Of a stretch of 64,000 bases of DNA, positions 32,001-39,610 are shown piece after piece. The translations under genes were made by a program, and so were the position numbers. Every line of letters begins with the position of its first letter. Positions within the stretch are counted from its first letter, which is position 1. This DNA is from a virus. The DNA lies in IMG/VR virus record IMGVR_UViG_3300025108_000022, positions 38,648 through 102,647 of that record, one strand, 5' to 3'. Under the pieces are notes generated by a model. It had not been told where the DNA came from. It searched no databases and saw only the letters and a program-made list of their open reading frames with translations.

Positions 32001-32634
32001 CCAGCCCGGTGAAATCATCAATGTTGATTTTTCTAATGAAGGCGTAAAAGGACAGTTTGCTGTATTTGAATCAACGACCAACAGCACCACAGGTTTCACG
32101 GATTTGGTGATAGGTCAATATGAAAAGGGCATAGAGGGTATTCTTGCCGATCTGTTGTCCTCCACTGCCGCAACCTCGCAAGAAGACCCATCCCGTTTGA
32201 AAGAGCGCACTGAAATATCATTGAGTGGGTCAATCCGTTTGGTTGCCGCCAGCCGTGTGAGAACTCGTCTTGTCAACAACACCCGCCTTATCATCGGCGG
32301 TCGCTGGCGAAGCGGTTCCGTGAACACGCCGTTGGGTGCAATTGGACTCAAAGGTGGTGCTACTGGTGTTATCAAGAACGGGGCGATAAACGCTACATCA
32401 ACGACCGCTGTGGTTGTTGACGGGTTTGATGCGACCACACGCTTTGCGGCAGGGGATAGAGTCTATACTCTCGCTGACGCCTATGTGGGCTTAGTTCAGT
32501 CTGTTTCAGCAACGCAAATCACGCTGACGGCCAATAACGCCGTAGCCATCGCTGACAACACGGAATTGAGAGTAAAGACAAAGAGGGCCGACCCTGTGGG
32601 TCATTCTAAGTCGGTCTTTTACGAGGTGAGATGA
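23068..32634 (+). CDS. Giant tail-tip/host-recognition protein (about 3188 aa)
   Basis: 9.6-kb uninterrupted ORF in tail module; repeated GDxIY...IGTV modules; C-terminal ANHVIVEG...IQPGEIINV...DLVIGQY hub-like region. Confidence 0.7.
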   Translation: MAEVLSYAKREYPAALTPIGSDNGTPASGYFSLHFTYPDTAYEDPTSMTFAKDGVNQLGINYMIRTPLAGDATNAASIDSPGEDARNGTNTVVIDLKRAAEAHAASIAAGAVMPAKTFDLGTEEAARLIAATINSTRNRQIGAHSNSRYLRARYVKMSGSKQYGGWYSTTLGRGRLLGFENGQRIGSGTTYLKPNGNFATNLHEINTNVGVGGYLLPNEHLYTTDNRYIGQILEISGTRIRFYEPIKVNLTATDRLRGGWLRLLQFGTTTKRNTVAEQFNHNIMPTDMPKRGTIVGNPNTTLQDSASAPVSNYTLTYDGWEIVNDNEVQFNITKVESTSAVKDITDSIVTDPTQPTWFVNNDTEEQHTVVVSWEIDAPTGGGYWGTANGGPVVQGLGASLPVWYLTAKPMDGGNMGLPAANADSRGASPSTHTTGHGYSRFSIEGLNSCSLPDMPPPDKPFNGPVVAGSTEADPFQWTGLNDALNAHQEDNLLITKNEFGTQMDDGGPFQTNCMVSTNATLTGGTTVKALTPATKISAHFNDGDVIYAPDGTPLGTIAEGGVAETTSTELTVIGPKNVDSGVRVDHGFGHTLNGDPPLGGNRCYNAFFYYAWAHAINSLSTLRTGGAAPNSYYEPGDEITDKSDNLIGTVPICRTVKRQAPGAGGIVGSLVHIADGNDLFSDANRDIKSFTVDTNDPNLIYHVGEKLYAEDIYYKTTVTTQPTPAGELLLAIAGGDPTSAGYDGTRIKPHDRIYLKTVGNSMDLIGTVKAVDAGMITLKEASVTPCGVNEELYVHSYIGTIKSMQETQHKTSVHGFLSGTVAINSTTTLNFSTNDTTVFTRRVLPGSKLENGVGSLIGTVSSVGDREITLEANNAIPLTANSILHVRGNSEWAIELEDKLHFDNGAGHEFFNDVANTTATGQFRLIDNLKLRAESVSAQSITVSDAGDSSLSGTILRAITNDERLFSPAVNYEAGVNNQGALNTPAQGWAYTTSHHNDGNNTGSRHLVVKSTAGVKSIDNEAYGGALMMNYADQNSGNSATLIGSDGKEYGTIAGVLDERVVTVGATTYTYSRILLATCVADIPEGTILHRAAPTLTLTSPISGNNLYHGQMLFKGKDINKWQVALENGHKINSRFPKWNNAYGDQHEEITSLTNSDVVLNKAIVKNGLKSEVSTITASTVAHTGSQGYVHRPFRTVRAVNTERVKGLHIPNEAMVWENIELVDDTGAELTLEGGSPFGTVIKDYNYKQNRIDPKTNTASSLPSTPGSGLEPNLEIQLPSQDEIPGNIIVRSGHDRVQAWRHLSWGMGGLSIPRPDEPGVIEANQSPFTSVANPNLQHTTAGEATQFDTNDRVLHFHPVRILHDTLTSQFGLSLNNTPGAVPSGSTRMFAAHRLSDHTERGSVLPETQNGAVQASNIHAHHRIRFGRQGHHFVSPITIRGTPMSLRRQLHRSHGSAYSLMFEAETENKHFGFQSGHNDSDANTFYLDTMEVKSGNENTGSFNADGLPHAEIENNGLPNHHRYFNTAPNDGYDVLLAPGQEHTMTEGGMEQAHFVASNHGKEVSNFGGYGNAGHSATVALELASSRVVNNRFTAGEEFTLNGFFVNQYLLMGGRPRPALRSLPHERSQVDPYGYTYNGHPAGWHQPRVGTELATTPPLIAHDPEMVNASATPVPIVESPSNDQSHFTQVSEHNDLALVSASNTNSGATPDAFLCTWLAEYSHPALFGTSREQYMTFRYRTAGMPKAVNNPAVRGLMLRNAHSIGSQTTGTPKVAMPFERLYAFQWLQNYGYNGLNAGGHGTNWGTRAASAVLMGHSTIREPHGTLELRPNYVYHAYGRRKSRGEGIGDGLNPYKVVSRTILDQGGTNSQVWNEVTTVENAMVAVDWSRRLPVRAWGFRTGSDALNMLAGDPAETLTTQQKIQASGRFDGGKHDTMNTLPVGNDWQTLSAYTGVERTVPIGVVMSEHTNEGYDLEGFTRLSNKAWEKGENPAGMGRVLGMEDVGLVKPNALPAGLVHSHRTDFTTVTGTSAKFLHAKSLNTGSDPIIGLNHHSGDATLAAGSVEAVSQSSAFGGGSTFIHHKGNNLHLNAHPVDHKVSSGDLTHYPSHGWGRSLNMKNKNEAERGTMPIPLSEIADHRQVQSDLSPRLGMVVETESERTTGKNEEYIVTSTKAVSLHSDLAIGQQFPLTPSWVQQTKWTKYAQGGETAATGPDNTYGSPLAPNQIDQMPQWSLGRETLFDAPANSDSVRMFDSKGVQDHWAVRGCGDLPAWGGVYILRKTWLERPENDNNRRSVMPYDADDPLHSQNPAPVNTVDQPVRKTADYIMRMVRPLKTFGFSTRRDWDNEDHFTQDGWLLGAYNTLTVSDKAHQPFTRDKRYGMFELNQSKMPGTLEPITSRVDTAPTMAWPDANDRDVTWHLIPSANMLQHFKSDAARRDGEGTLVPSIDPRYSQTTHPGGKHVVSQTETQFTTQSNLAMMDPYNRRGADEKVVKEQADLAMTTLGPKQKISIDGGSYMYVKDATVFPATGTLVIIGLTGQLTYTARDEQRLTISTDPSLSTGECHSTPDLAGYEVYFGKNGASTAATVANIHPSKHSLVVAPSFVDNAVSMGLSLPDKWDATDSTDTQTFSPNIAYRGIGHYEPSDFNMLTPQRFVLNDGAKEGVISYAKRPGTGGLSTVYVDGKALAVDYCPPYLIDAVKKKWRIAGADVVSGEGLWQKNILKFRNINGDSLSGGGMSLGFVRLGHSMGVGVRTTDAALMLLNDIGKSLPGADLISYESTIEPTRKDTGLYDYGDTVATLGYITRFKNEMALSAALNAHPSLLSGVDHSSVFVSRDARGIGVLDTIRSLSQMDGRQLLLDETGRILYTGSVFVGRDKKVGSSSGPQTIEVSSMLEMANHVIVEGDKIAENERVRGEVKDLEKAKKMGGEGNEEGLLRTATQIVPGLKEPSLALRMAKQFMNRTESGASMLRIGGLVKASHIQPGEIINVDFSNEGVKGQFAVFESTTNSTTGFTDLVIGQYEKGIEGILADLLSSTAATSQEDPSRLKERTEISLSGSIRLVAASRVRTRLVNNTRLIIGGRWRSGSVNTPLGAIGLKGGATGVIKNGAINATSTTAVVVDGFDATTRFAAGDRVYTLADAYVGLVQSVSATQITLTANNAVAIADNTELRVKTKRADPVGHSKSVFYEVR

Positions 32635-32975
32635 TGCCAATACTTGATGGAATAAAAGCAAAATTAGCAGATCACTTACAAACACTTGTCAGCCAAATGA
32701 GTCTTGGAACTTCGGGCGGTCAAGCGTCACGAAGGGACAGCGGGACAGGAAATGTAGCCATGACAACAACGCCTGTCGTGCAAAGAGTGGACGACAGAAC
32801 CATTTCAGCAAATGCAATTTTCACAACGGAAATGATTTCTTCAAACGATGTCAAAGAAGTGGTGTTGCATGGTGCAACCCCCCTTGACAACCCCGCCTTT
32901 AGGGCTTCCTTTGTTCCGATCAATAAGAATACAACAAACGAGATTCGTATTGATGTCGTCATGGAGGTGCGATAG
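32631..32975 (+). CDS. Small tail/baseplate protein
   Basis: MSLGTSG...VKEVVL...FVPINKNTTNEIRIDV resembles tail-fibre-associated proteins. Confidence 0.5.
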   Translation: MMPILDGIKAKLADHLQTLVSQMSLGTSGGQASRRDSGTGNVAMTTTPVVQRVDDRTISANAIFTTEMISSNDVKEVVLHGATPLDNPAFRASFVPINKNTTNEIRIDVVMEVR

Positions 32976-34105
32976 TGGGAACAACAGGAATAACAGAAGG
33001 GCATGAAAAAACAGGCACAGGGGCGTCTTGGCAAGCCGACGGATTAAGGGATAGCGATGTGCTTTCATCGGCCACACTAACCAATTTCGTGGAGCGAGGA
33101 ATAGGCAACGGTGTTATCCCAATCAACCTTACAAATTACGGAGCCGACGCTGGGGGTTCTGATCGCAACAACCCCATTGTCGGGAACTGTGTCGTTCGTC
33201 CCAACAGTGGTGGAGCAACGAACTCTATTTTCGTTGATGCTGGGGTTGTATGCCTTGATGGTGTCTTTTACAGCGTAGGCAGTGGAACCGCATTTGATAT
33301 TGACACGAATGCTTACTACAACAGCCGTTTCAATGCTGGCGGTATGGTTTTGCCAAGTGGCTCAAATCAAGAGTGTTGGGTTCTTGTCATTGTTGATCCC
33401 GAATTGAATGGGACAAACAACATCGGTCTTGTTTGTGGGCCTATTGTGGATGTCACCACTGGTCTTTATCCTCAAATGCCTTATTCACACTTAGTGAAGC
33501 AATCGGTCGTTTTAGCGGCTATGAGAATCACATACGCCAGCCCGTTGAATGTAGCGGCGATTGAAGACAAGCGCATGTTCATTCGTGGTGGCCCTATGCC
33601 TTTGACTACTTTGGTTAAATCGGACGGGACACCCACAGACCCAATTAACGACTACGGCACCAGCCCCTCCTTGACGGCAGGAACCTTGCCCGAAACCGGA
33701 CTTGGTGTGTTTTATGCGAGAGATCCACTTGGACATCAACCAGCCCTTGCTTTACCACATGGTGCAGGACAAACCCACCTCTTTTATCAATCGGATATTG
33801 CGGTCGGTGCTGGTGCTGGTGGTTCGTATCAAATCACTCCTGTTCACAGAATTGAAAAGCAAATCCTATCGGTCGGTGGTGGGGCTGGGGCTTTAACGGC
33901 TCTCGCTTGCACACCCCTCGCCAGTGCCACAGGTGCGGCCAACACTCATTTAATCAGTATTTTGTGGACAAACGCCGACGGGTCAAGCACGAAGGCTTGG
34001 GTGGAAAATGTTCACTACACTGTCAGCGGCAAGGTTGTGAGCGTCACGGCGGTGGCGGCGGTGCCGGGTTCGGCTGAAATCACATACACTCATGCGGGGT
34101 ATTGA
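32975..34105 (+). CDS. Putative tail fibre/minor tail protein
   Basis: GTG start after GGAGGTG; VDAGVVCLDG and VVLAAMRI...IEDKRMF N-terminal fibre-like domain. Confidence 0.5.
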   Translation: MGTTGITEGHEKTGTGASWQADGLRDSDVLSSATLTNFVERGIGNGVIPINLTNYGADAGGSDRNNPIVGNCVVRPNSGGATNSIFVDAGVVCLDGVFYSVGSGTAFDIDTNAYYNSRFNAGGMVLPSGSNQECWVLVIVDPELNGTNNIGLVCGPIVDVTTGLYPQMPYSHLVKQSVVLAAMRITYASPLNVAAIEDKRMFIRGGPMPLTTLVKSDGTPTDPINDYGTSPSLTAGTLPETGLGVFYARDPLGHQPALALPHGAGQTHLFYQSDIAVGAGAGGSYQITPVHRIEKQILSVGGGAGALTALACTPLASATGAANTHLISILWTNADGSSTKAWVENVHYTVSGKVVSVTAVAAVPGSAEITYTHAGY

Positions 34106-34106
34106 G

Positions 34107-34331
34107 ATGGGCAGTTTGGACTTGCTCGGATCGAGGAACAAATACCGTGCTAAGGTCACGCAGGATTGTCCCGGCTGTGGCGACGGCGTTCTTGCTTTAC
34201 GCATCAATGGCTTCTATGCAGGGAGCCGAGAAAGGATATTTTTATGGGAATGTCCTGCGTGCGGTGAACTATGGCGGCACGCACGACCGAGGTTGAAGCC
34301 CGTGCCGCAGATGTCGGATTCGGCGTCTTGA
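34107..34331 (+). CDS. Zinc-ribbon protein
   Basis: CPGC...WECPACGELW. Confidence 0.55.
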   Translation: MGSLDLLGSRNKYRAKVTQDCPGCGDGVLALRINGFYAGSRERIFLWECPACGELWRHARPRLKPVPQMSDSAS

Positions 34332-34546
34332 AAGGAAAGTTTCAAGGATATTCAAAGAACCCTTTGGCTGGTCGTGCTGAACGACAGGCTAAAAGAAGGG
34401 CGTGGGGAGTTTCCCGCAAAAACAAATCTAAGCGAACGGCCAACAGATACAAGCGATCTAAGAAGCGTGGGAGTGGTTCGGGCGCAAGACCTAAAATGCG
34501 TCGCTCTTTAGGTGCAGGTGGACAGCGACCAACGAGGGATAGATGA
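34271..34546 (+). CDS. Very basic Arg/Lys-rich small protein (possible DNA-condensing core protein)
   Basis: GGTGA before ATG; 25 K/R and 2 acidic residues in the last 70 aa; alternative TTG start at 34328. Confidence 0.55.
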   Translation: MAARTTEVEARAADVGFGVLKGKFQGYSKNPLAGRAERQAKRRAWGVSRKNKSKRTANRYKRSKKRGSGSGARPKMRRSLGAGGQRPTRDR

Positions 34547-34704
34547 TGATTTGGAGTTTGACATTTGCGATAATAACAGTGGTGTGTATTTTTTTGATTT
34601 ATGAGGTATTCAACCTTGTCCAAATACCACCCGAAAACGACGGTGACGAAGAGGCTGAACGCCAAGCAATTATCGCTTCAATGTCCCGTCAGCATTTGAG
34701 GTGA
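34543..34704 (+). CDS. 53-aa single-pass membrane protein (not in ORF track)
   Basis: MMIWSLTFAIITVVCIFLIYEVFNLVQIPPENDGDEEAERQAIIASMSRQHLR; overlaps both neighbours (ATGA, GTGA). Confidence 0.6.
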   Translation: MMIWSLTFAIITVVCIFLIYEVFNLVQIPPENDGDEEAERQAIIASMSRQHLR

Positions 34705-36089
34705 AGCGTTTGTTAAATAGCCCCGAAGCATTCGATCAAGCGTGGTCGATCATGAAGGGCATTGTTTTCAACGGTCAGTATTTTGAGGATATTGACGAAA
34801 TGGATCCTATGGTGGTTGAAGCCCTTCGCATGTTTAACCAAGACAAAGAAGCCAACCCTTTGCCCGAACCACCGTTTCAAGCAAAGGGGCGCATAGGGAA
34901 ACCGTTCAAGGCCATGAGGGATGCTCGTTTGGCGGGCATAGACCATCAACCTATTTTTGACGCTATGCCGGGATTCACCGATTCCGAGAACAACATGCTC
35001 TCAACCTTCATCAATTGGGAGGGCGGAAAAACGAGCGAAATGCCAAAGTTCCGTGCGATGGCTCGGCATTTGGGCGATTGGGAACGACCAGTGGAGCCAA
35101 TGACGGGAAGTGGGTCTTTCGTGTTGGGTATGAATCGGGGAACGGGGTTGATGAATGACATGAACCCCGACATCGTGAATGTTCACCAACAGGCAAAGAG
35201 AGGTTTGGGTGATGTAGCAATTCCTCAATCCCAAGAGGCTCATAACACAGCCATTGACGCTATGAACGCTATTCGTGAAAGAAGGGATGTTGACGGCGAA
35301 GAACTTTCGCAACAAGAACTCACTGACCTTGCTCGGCTGTTTGTGGGCAACAACCTGTCTTCTTACCGAACTGATTGGCGAGGGGTGGACTGGGCTGGGC
35401 GCACAGAAGTCAACGAGAAGGGCAAAACGGTGCCGATGGGAGGGTTTGATGGGGACTACGCTGTCCCTTATACAGAAGGCCGTGTTCCCTATCAGTCTTG
35501 GCGTGATAACAACGAAGAGGTTGAGCGTCTATTCCAATTGACAGAACAACAACAAGGCAAGACTCTCAAAGACAGGGCGAATGCGGCTGGACTGACTGAC
35601 GCTGAACGCAAAAAGGTTGGCAATTGGCGGGCTTTCCCTCACCATGCTGGTTCAATCAACCTTAACTCCTATGCTCCACGCTACAAAGGGGTGGACATCC
35701 GACACGGCGACGCTTTTGACCTCCACGAATTGTTGCGACCGACTGATTTGTTGTATCTAGATCCGCCGTATATTGGCCGTGATATGGATTATGGGGCGAC
35801 CTCATTACAGCGTCAAGGAAGAACATACGACGATTTCCAAAGAAAAATCCTGCAAATGGGTCGTGAACACGAAGGCCCATCCATCCTATCCAATTACATG
35901 TATGCGAAGGATCAACATCAGCCCCTTGAACAATACATCAAGGATGTCATAGATTCCGGCTACACTATTTTCCCGTGGCTACGCTCACCGAAAGCAAACA
36001 ATTTCCCACAGGTGGAGATGTTCGGATTGAAAGGGATTGAAGGGCCGATACCCGGTTTAGCACGAAGCACCCAAACCAAATTGTATTGA
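34701..36089 (+). CDS. Dam-family (alpha-class) DNA adenine methyltransferase
   Basis: FINWEGGK, VEPMTGSGS (motif I), MNDMNPDIVN, LLYLDPPY (motif IV), ILSN; start may be TTG 34710 after GAGGTGA. Confidence 0.85.
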   Translation: MKRLLNSPEAFDQAWSIMKGIVFNGQYFEDIDEMDPMVVEALRMFNQDKEANPLPEPPFQAKGRIGKPFKAMRDARLAGIDHQPIFDAMPGFTDSENNMLSTFINWEGGKTSEMPKFRAMARHLGDWERPVEPMTGSGSFVLGMNRGTGLMNDMNPDIVNVHQQAKRGLGDVAIPQSQEAHNTAIDAMNAIRERRDVDGEELSQQELTDLARLFVGNNLSSYRTDWRGVDWAGRTEVNEKGKTVPMGGFDGDYAVPYTEGRVPYQSWRDNNEEVERLFQLTEQQQGKTLKDRANAAGLTDAERKKVGNWRAFPHHAGSINLNSYAPRYKGVDIRHGDAFDLHELLRPTDLLYLDPPYIGRDMDYGATSLQRQGRTYDDFQRKILQMGREHEGPSILSNYMYAKDQHQPLEQYIKDVIDSGYTIFPWLRSPKANNFPQVEMFGLKGIEGPIPGLARSTQTKLY

Positions 36090-36317
36090 TTATTTGCGGT
36101 ATTGGCGAATCCACTGATCCATCAAATCGTTGAAACGATGTGGCTTTTCCGCTTTATCGGGGTCGGGTGGTTGAGGTTCCATCAAATACATTTGGACTTT
36201 GCGACCACACATTTTACAACAAGGCTTTCGCATAGCACTGGTGAACATTTTATGATTCTCACCGTCCGTGCCAAAACACCCGCCGGAGCGACATTCCCAC
36301 CATTTACCCATGCTCAT
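36090..36317 (-). CDS. Small Zn-finger-like protein
   Basis: WECRSGGC...CCKMCG; abuts the convergent MTase stop. Confidence 0.5.
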   Translation of the reverse strand: MSMGKWWECRSGGCFGTDGENHKMFTSAMRKPCCKMCGRKVQMYLMEPQPPDPDKAEKPHRFNDLMDQWIRQYRK

Positions 36318-36883
36318 TCCTCTTCGTCAGTGATAGGCCACGAAACATCGGCATAAGGCTTCTTTCCGGTTTTCGTGTCAAGGAAACGAACTCGCTTGTT
36401 CTTTTTCACAGCATGATACAGATCATAGCACATCATAGCGTCTTCAATGGCCCACCTTGCACAGTTTATGTGCTGACCTTTCATCCATGAAACACCTTTC
36501 CTCATTCGTGAAATCAGTTCAACAGGGAGGCTACGCACCCCGTTCCAGCGAGCAAGATCATACAAGTCAAACCGCTTGCCTTCGTTTTGGAGAACAGGGG
36601 CACTGGCCTTTTTTACGGCTCTCAACACATCAAAGGTGCCCTCACGGAACTTGCCGTGCAGGTTATGGCCGACCGCTTCATTAAGTATGTCATAATCAAA
36701 GGATTCAATGTCCCTCAATTCAACCTTGAGGGATTTTTCACTCATTGAAATGTCGGTATAAACGATGGCCTTTTGCCCATCCCATGTGGCGATTAGCAGG
36801 GGTTTCAGTTCACCCCGCCATCCATCATCCTCAAGGGCTGTGTCAAACAACACGGCAATTCCCATCATACTCAAGCACCCCAT
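36314..36883 (-). CDS. DEDD/RNase H-like 3'-5' exonuclease-fold protein (divergent)
   Basis: VGHNL...FDVL (ExoII-like), LYDLARWNG, WAIEDAMMCYDLY (ExoIII-like). Confidence 0.5.
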   Translation of the reverse strand: MGCLSMMGIAVLFDTALEDDGWRGELKPLLIATWDGQKAIVYTDISMSEKSLKVELRDIESFDYDILNEAVGHNLHGKFREGTFDVLRAVKKASAPVLQNEGKRFDLYDLARWNGVRSLPVELISRMRKGVSWMKGQHINCARWAIEDAMMCYDLYHAVKKNKRVRFLDTKTGKKPYADVSWPITDEEE

Positions 36884-38409
36884 TTGAAGGCGACATAATT
36901 CCTGCCGCCCTTTCCTTGCTTAACGATTTCAACCTGCCCGCCTTTCCTTAATGCCTTAAATCGGCGTTCAGCAGTGATGTCGGCAACGGACTGTTGAGCC
37001 GCATAGACCTTGAGCAGATCTGATTGCATAACACGCTCAACGCCGTCTTTTTCGCTGGTATATTTCTTGCACATGCTTGCCGCCTTTGTCCATGAAGCAC
37101 GCTCCGCAGTGACCTTCTTCTTATCCTTGACGGACTCCTTCTGTTCAAGCCAAATGGTGAGGTTATGTAGGTTGTCAAAAATGATTTCACTTGCCATCAT
37201 AATGTGGTCTTCTGTGATTTGATCTTCACGCATGAGAACGGCAATCAAGTTTGCGAAAATCATGGTGTAGTTCTCAATGTTTGGGAGGAACGACAAGGCT
37301 GTTTCTCTCACGGCCTCGCTGGCTATATTGTTCACCAGCCCGTAGTAGTCGTCCACCGCATTGAGTAATGCTGGGTGATAACCAGCCGATACAGTGAATA
37401 TGTCGTGTGCGTGGCGCATAGCGGCTTGTTCCCTTTCCCCTTCGGGAATGCGCCTCCACACTTCATCACGCTCTATGCGGCGTTCTTCTATTTCCCCATC
37501 TTCGTTGCGAATCTCCACAGTTTCCCATGTTATGCCCATAGCGTCAAACAGACGGTTCTTCATCAGATCGACGGAACCCTGCAAGTATTCAGCGAGTGTC
37601 CCGTAGTCCATGATTCGCTCGTCAGTTCGCATGTATGCACCACCGACACGATGTTCGCTGGTGGTTTGTCGCTGTTCACTGGTGATGTCGTTTTGAAACA
37701 GGAACACACGCTGAAAGAAACCTTTGTCCAGCACATGCGCCATGATGTCCTTTGGTGGATAGGTTGTCATCCAAAGTGATACCCCCGATGGAGTCCTCAC
37801 ATCGCCACCAACAAGGTGCTTTACGAGGATGTTAGTTCTTGACCCCAATGGAGCCATCGCTTGTTGGAGGTATAGGATTTTGTCGGAGAAGTGGGCTTTG
37901 GAGTCGTTGAGTAGGATGGACGCTTCGTCAAAGAGAAGCGTCTTGTAGCCGTTTAGAAGGCCGGGAACGGTAATGTGGTTGACTTCACCCGTTGGACGCC
38001 CATTGTCGTCCACTACGGGCGTTTGTTGGACTGTTCCGATGAGTTTAGCGTCCGACCCTGCTGTGAAGGTGTCGCTCTCAATGCCACATGCCTCAAGCAA
38101 CCGATCAGTGAACTCCCATGCGATGGACTTTCCTGTTCTTGATTGTTGAATCCAATAGGTGTGAACACGACAGTCAATGTAGGTGCCGTGTATAGGGACT
38201 CTCATGTATGGGGCACATAACTGTCCCATGACGAAAAAGAAGGACAACAAACCAGCGTATTCATTGAAGAATGACACAGTGTTAAACCGTTCAATGTAGC
38301 CACGAATGAACGCTGATCCATCGTTGTCACTGCTGACGACGGCATAATCATCCCACTGTCGCTGTTGCGCCATCATGTCGTTCATGTCGCTGTTAATTGA
38401 TACTGTCAT
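36871..38409 (-). CDS. AAA+ (MCM-like) replicative helicase candidate
   Basis: Walker A QQSRTGKS, Walker B LLFDEAS, KGFFQR (Arg-finger-like), C-terminal winged-helix-like region. Confidence 0.6.
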   Translation of the reverse strand: MTVSINSDMNDMMAQQRQWDDYAVVSSDNDGSAFIRGYIERFNTVSFFNEYAGLLSFFFVMGQLCAPYMRVPIHGTYIDCRVHTYWIQQSRTGKSIAWEFTDRLLEACGIESDTFTAGSDAKLIGTVQQTPVVDDNGRPTGEVNHITVPGLLNGYKTLLFDEASILLNDSKAHFSDKILYLQQAMAPLGSRTNILVKHLVGGDVRTPSGVSLWMTTYPPKDIMAHVLDKGFFQRVFLFQNDITSEQRQTTSEHRVGGAYMRTDERIMDYGTLAEYLQGSVDLMKNRLFDAMGITWETVEIRNEDGEIEERRIERDEVWRRIPEGEREQAAMRHAHDIFTVSAGYHPALLNAVDDYYGLVNNIASEAVRETALSFLPNIENYTMIFANLIAVLMREDQITEDHIMMASEIIFDNLHNLTIWLEQKESVKDKKKVTAERASWTKAASMCKKYTSEKDGVERVMQSDLLKVYAAQQSVADITAERRFKALRKGGQVEIVKQGKGGRNYVAFKWGA

Positions 38410-38448
38410 GCTTTTGCCTCCGTTGGAATTGTCCCTATCATTATCCCC

Positions 38449-38456
38449 TATATCAA
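38449..38456 (-). promoter_or_regulatory. Putative TATA box (TTGATATA on minus strand)
   Basis: In the 50-nt intergenic gap upstream of the helicase gene, which also has a GGAGG SD. Confidence 0.35.
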
Positions 38457-38459
38457 GAC

Positions 38460-39167
38460 TTAGGCATTGGTAATTTTGACTCTCTCTTTCACCACAGCCG
38501 ACTCGCTGTTTAGTGCCTCAACAATGGACTTAGCACGGACTTTGCCAATGCCTTCAAGTTTCATCAGTTCTTTCACAGAAGCCCCAGCAATTTCAGCGAT
38601 TGACCCGAAAGAAGACAGCAAACGCTTTGCGATAGCCTCACTACATCCGATACCACGGAGTCCGTCAATCCGTATATCCTCGCTTGAGGTGCGACGGAGT
38701 GTGCGGTATGTGCTAATGCTCCCAAGAGTGCCGTCCTTTTCACATCGTTTCACGATCCAGTAGGCGGCGGCGGAGGGAGTAGGGAATTGCATGATTGTTA
38801 AGTCAAAGTCAACATCAAGTCTTGACAATGAACCTAAGAACTGCGCTTGAATGCGGGCGTATGGTGTCCTGTTGCCTCTTCGCTTGAGGCTTGCCACATA
38901 GGCGTCCAGTTTGCCATGAATAACCAATATCATGCGGTTGTAGTTCTCATCCATGTTCTCCAATTGGTGAGCAAGGTGTCCACTTTGGAGGGATTGCATG
39001 TAGTCGGCAATACTCTTAGCCTCAATGCCGATTTGACCGTAGCAGTAGTCCGTGATCAAGTTTTGGTTAAGTTCCCACTTGATTTTTGCCTTGTCGGCTT
39101 GTTTTTTGACGGCTTCTTCAAGGCCAGATCGTTCACGATTGTCAATGTATAGGATTTTTTCAACCAT
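38460..39167 (-). CDS. ERCC4/XPF-family structure-specific nuclease with HhH motifs
   Basis: IDNRE, IGIEAKSIADY...SLQSGHL, C-terminal GIGCSEAIAKRLL and LEGIGKVRA. Confidence 0.85.
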   Translation of the reverse strand: MVEKILYIDNRERSGLEEAVKKQADKAKIKWELNQNLITDYCYGQIGIEAKSIADYMQSLQSGHLAHQLENMDENYNRMILVIHGKLDAYVASLKRRGNRTPYARIQAQFLGSLSRLDVDFDLTIMQFPTPSAAAYWIVKRCEKDGTLGSISTYRTLRRTSSEDIRIDGLRGIGCSEAIAKRLLSSFGSIAEIAGASVKELMKLEGIGKVRAKSIVEALNSESAVVKERVKITNA

Positions 39168-39253
39168 TCAATCACCTTTCAATACTTCGGGATGTCGCTT
39201 TCGCAGTGCAGTGAAACAGCGGTGGCAAAGACGGTGTATTGGATGCACGGTTT

Positions 39254-39610
39254 TCACTCCTTTGGCGCACCCTCGGCACCTGTATTTTGCTTTGACATGA
39301 TTAGTTCTTCCAGCCGTGCCCGGTTGAGCAGGTCGGTGACGAGTAAGGCCCATTTTGGGTCTGCCGTCATAGCGACTATTTGGCCTTGTTGGCATACTTC
39401 AAAGGCACCCTCCATAGTTTCACTCAAACGGAATCCCCAGTCGGGTTCTTCAAACCCGAAGTCCTTCCAAGTGAATTGGTTTTGCATGGCTTGGACTTCT
39501 TCAAAATCCTTCTCCATGCCTTTCACTTTTGCTTGCATCTCGGCCACTTTTTTTGCTCGTATTTTTTCAATGTCTTTTTCGTCGCTCATCCAATTCCACT
39601 CCGGCTTCAT
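39254..39610 (-). CDS. Hypothetical protein
   Basis: 118-aa coiled-coil-like ORF in operon order. Confidence 0.45.
   Translation of the reverse strand: MKPEWNWMSDEKDIEKIRAKKVAEMQAKVKGMEKDFEEVQAMQNQFTWKDFGFEEPDWGFRLSETMEGAFEVCQQGQIVAMTADPKWALLVTDLLNRARLEELIMSKQNTGAEGAPKE

Noticed and set aside
34342-34665. Minus-strand 107-aa ORF
   Set aside because: Antisense to two better-supported, translationally coupled plus-strand genes.
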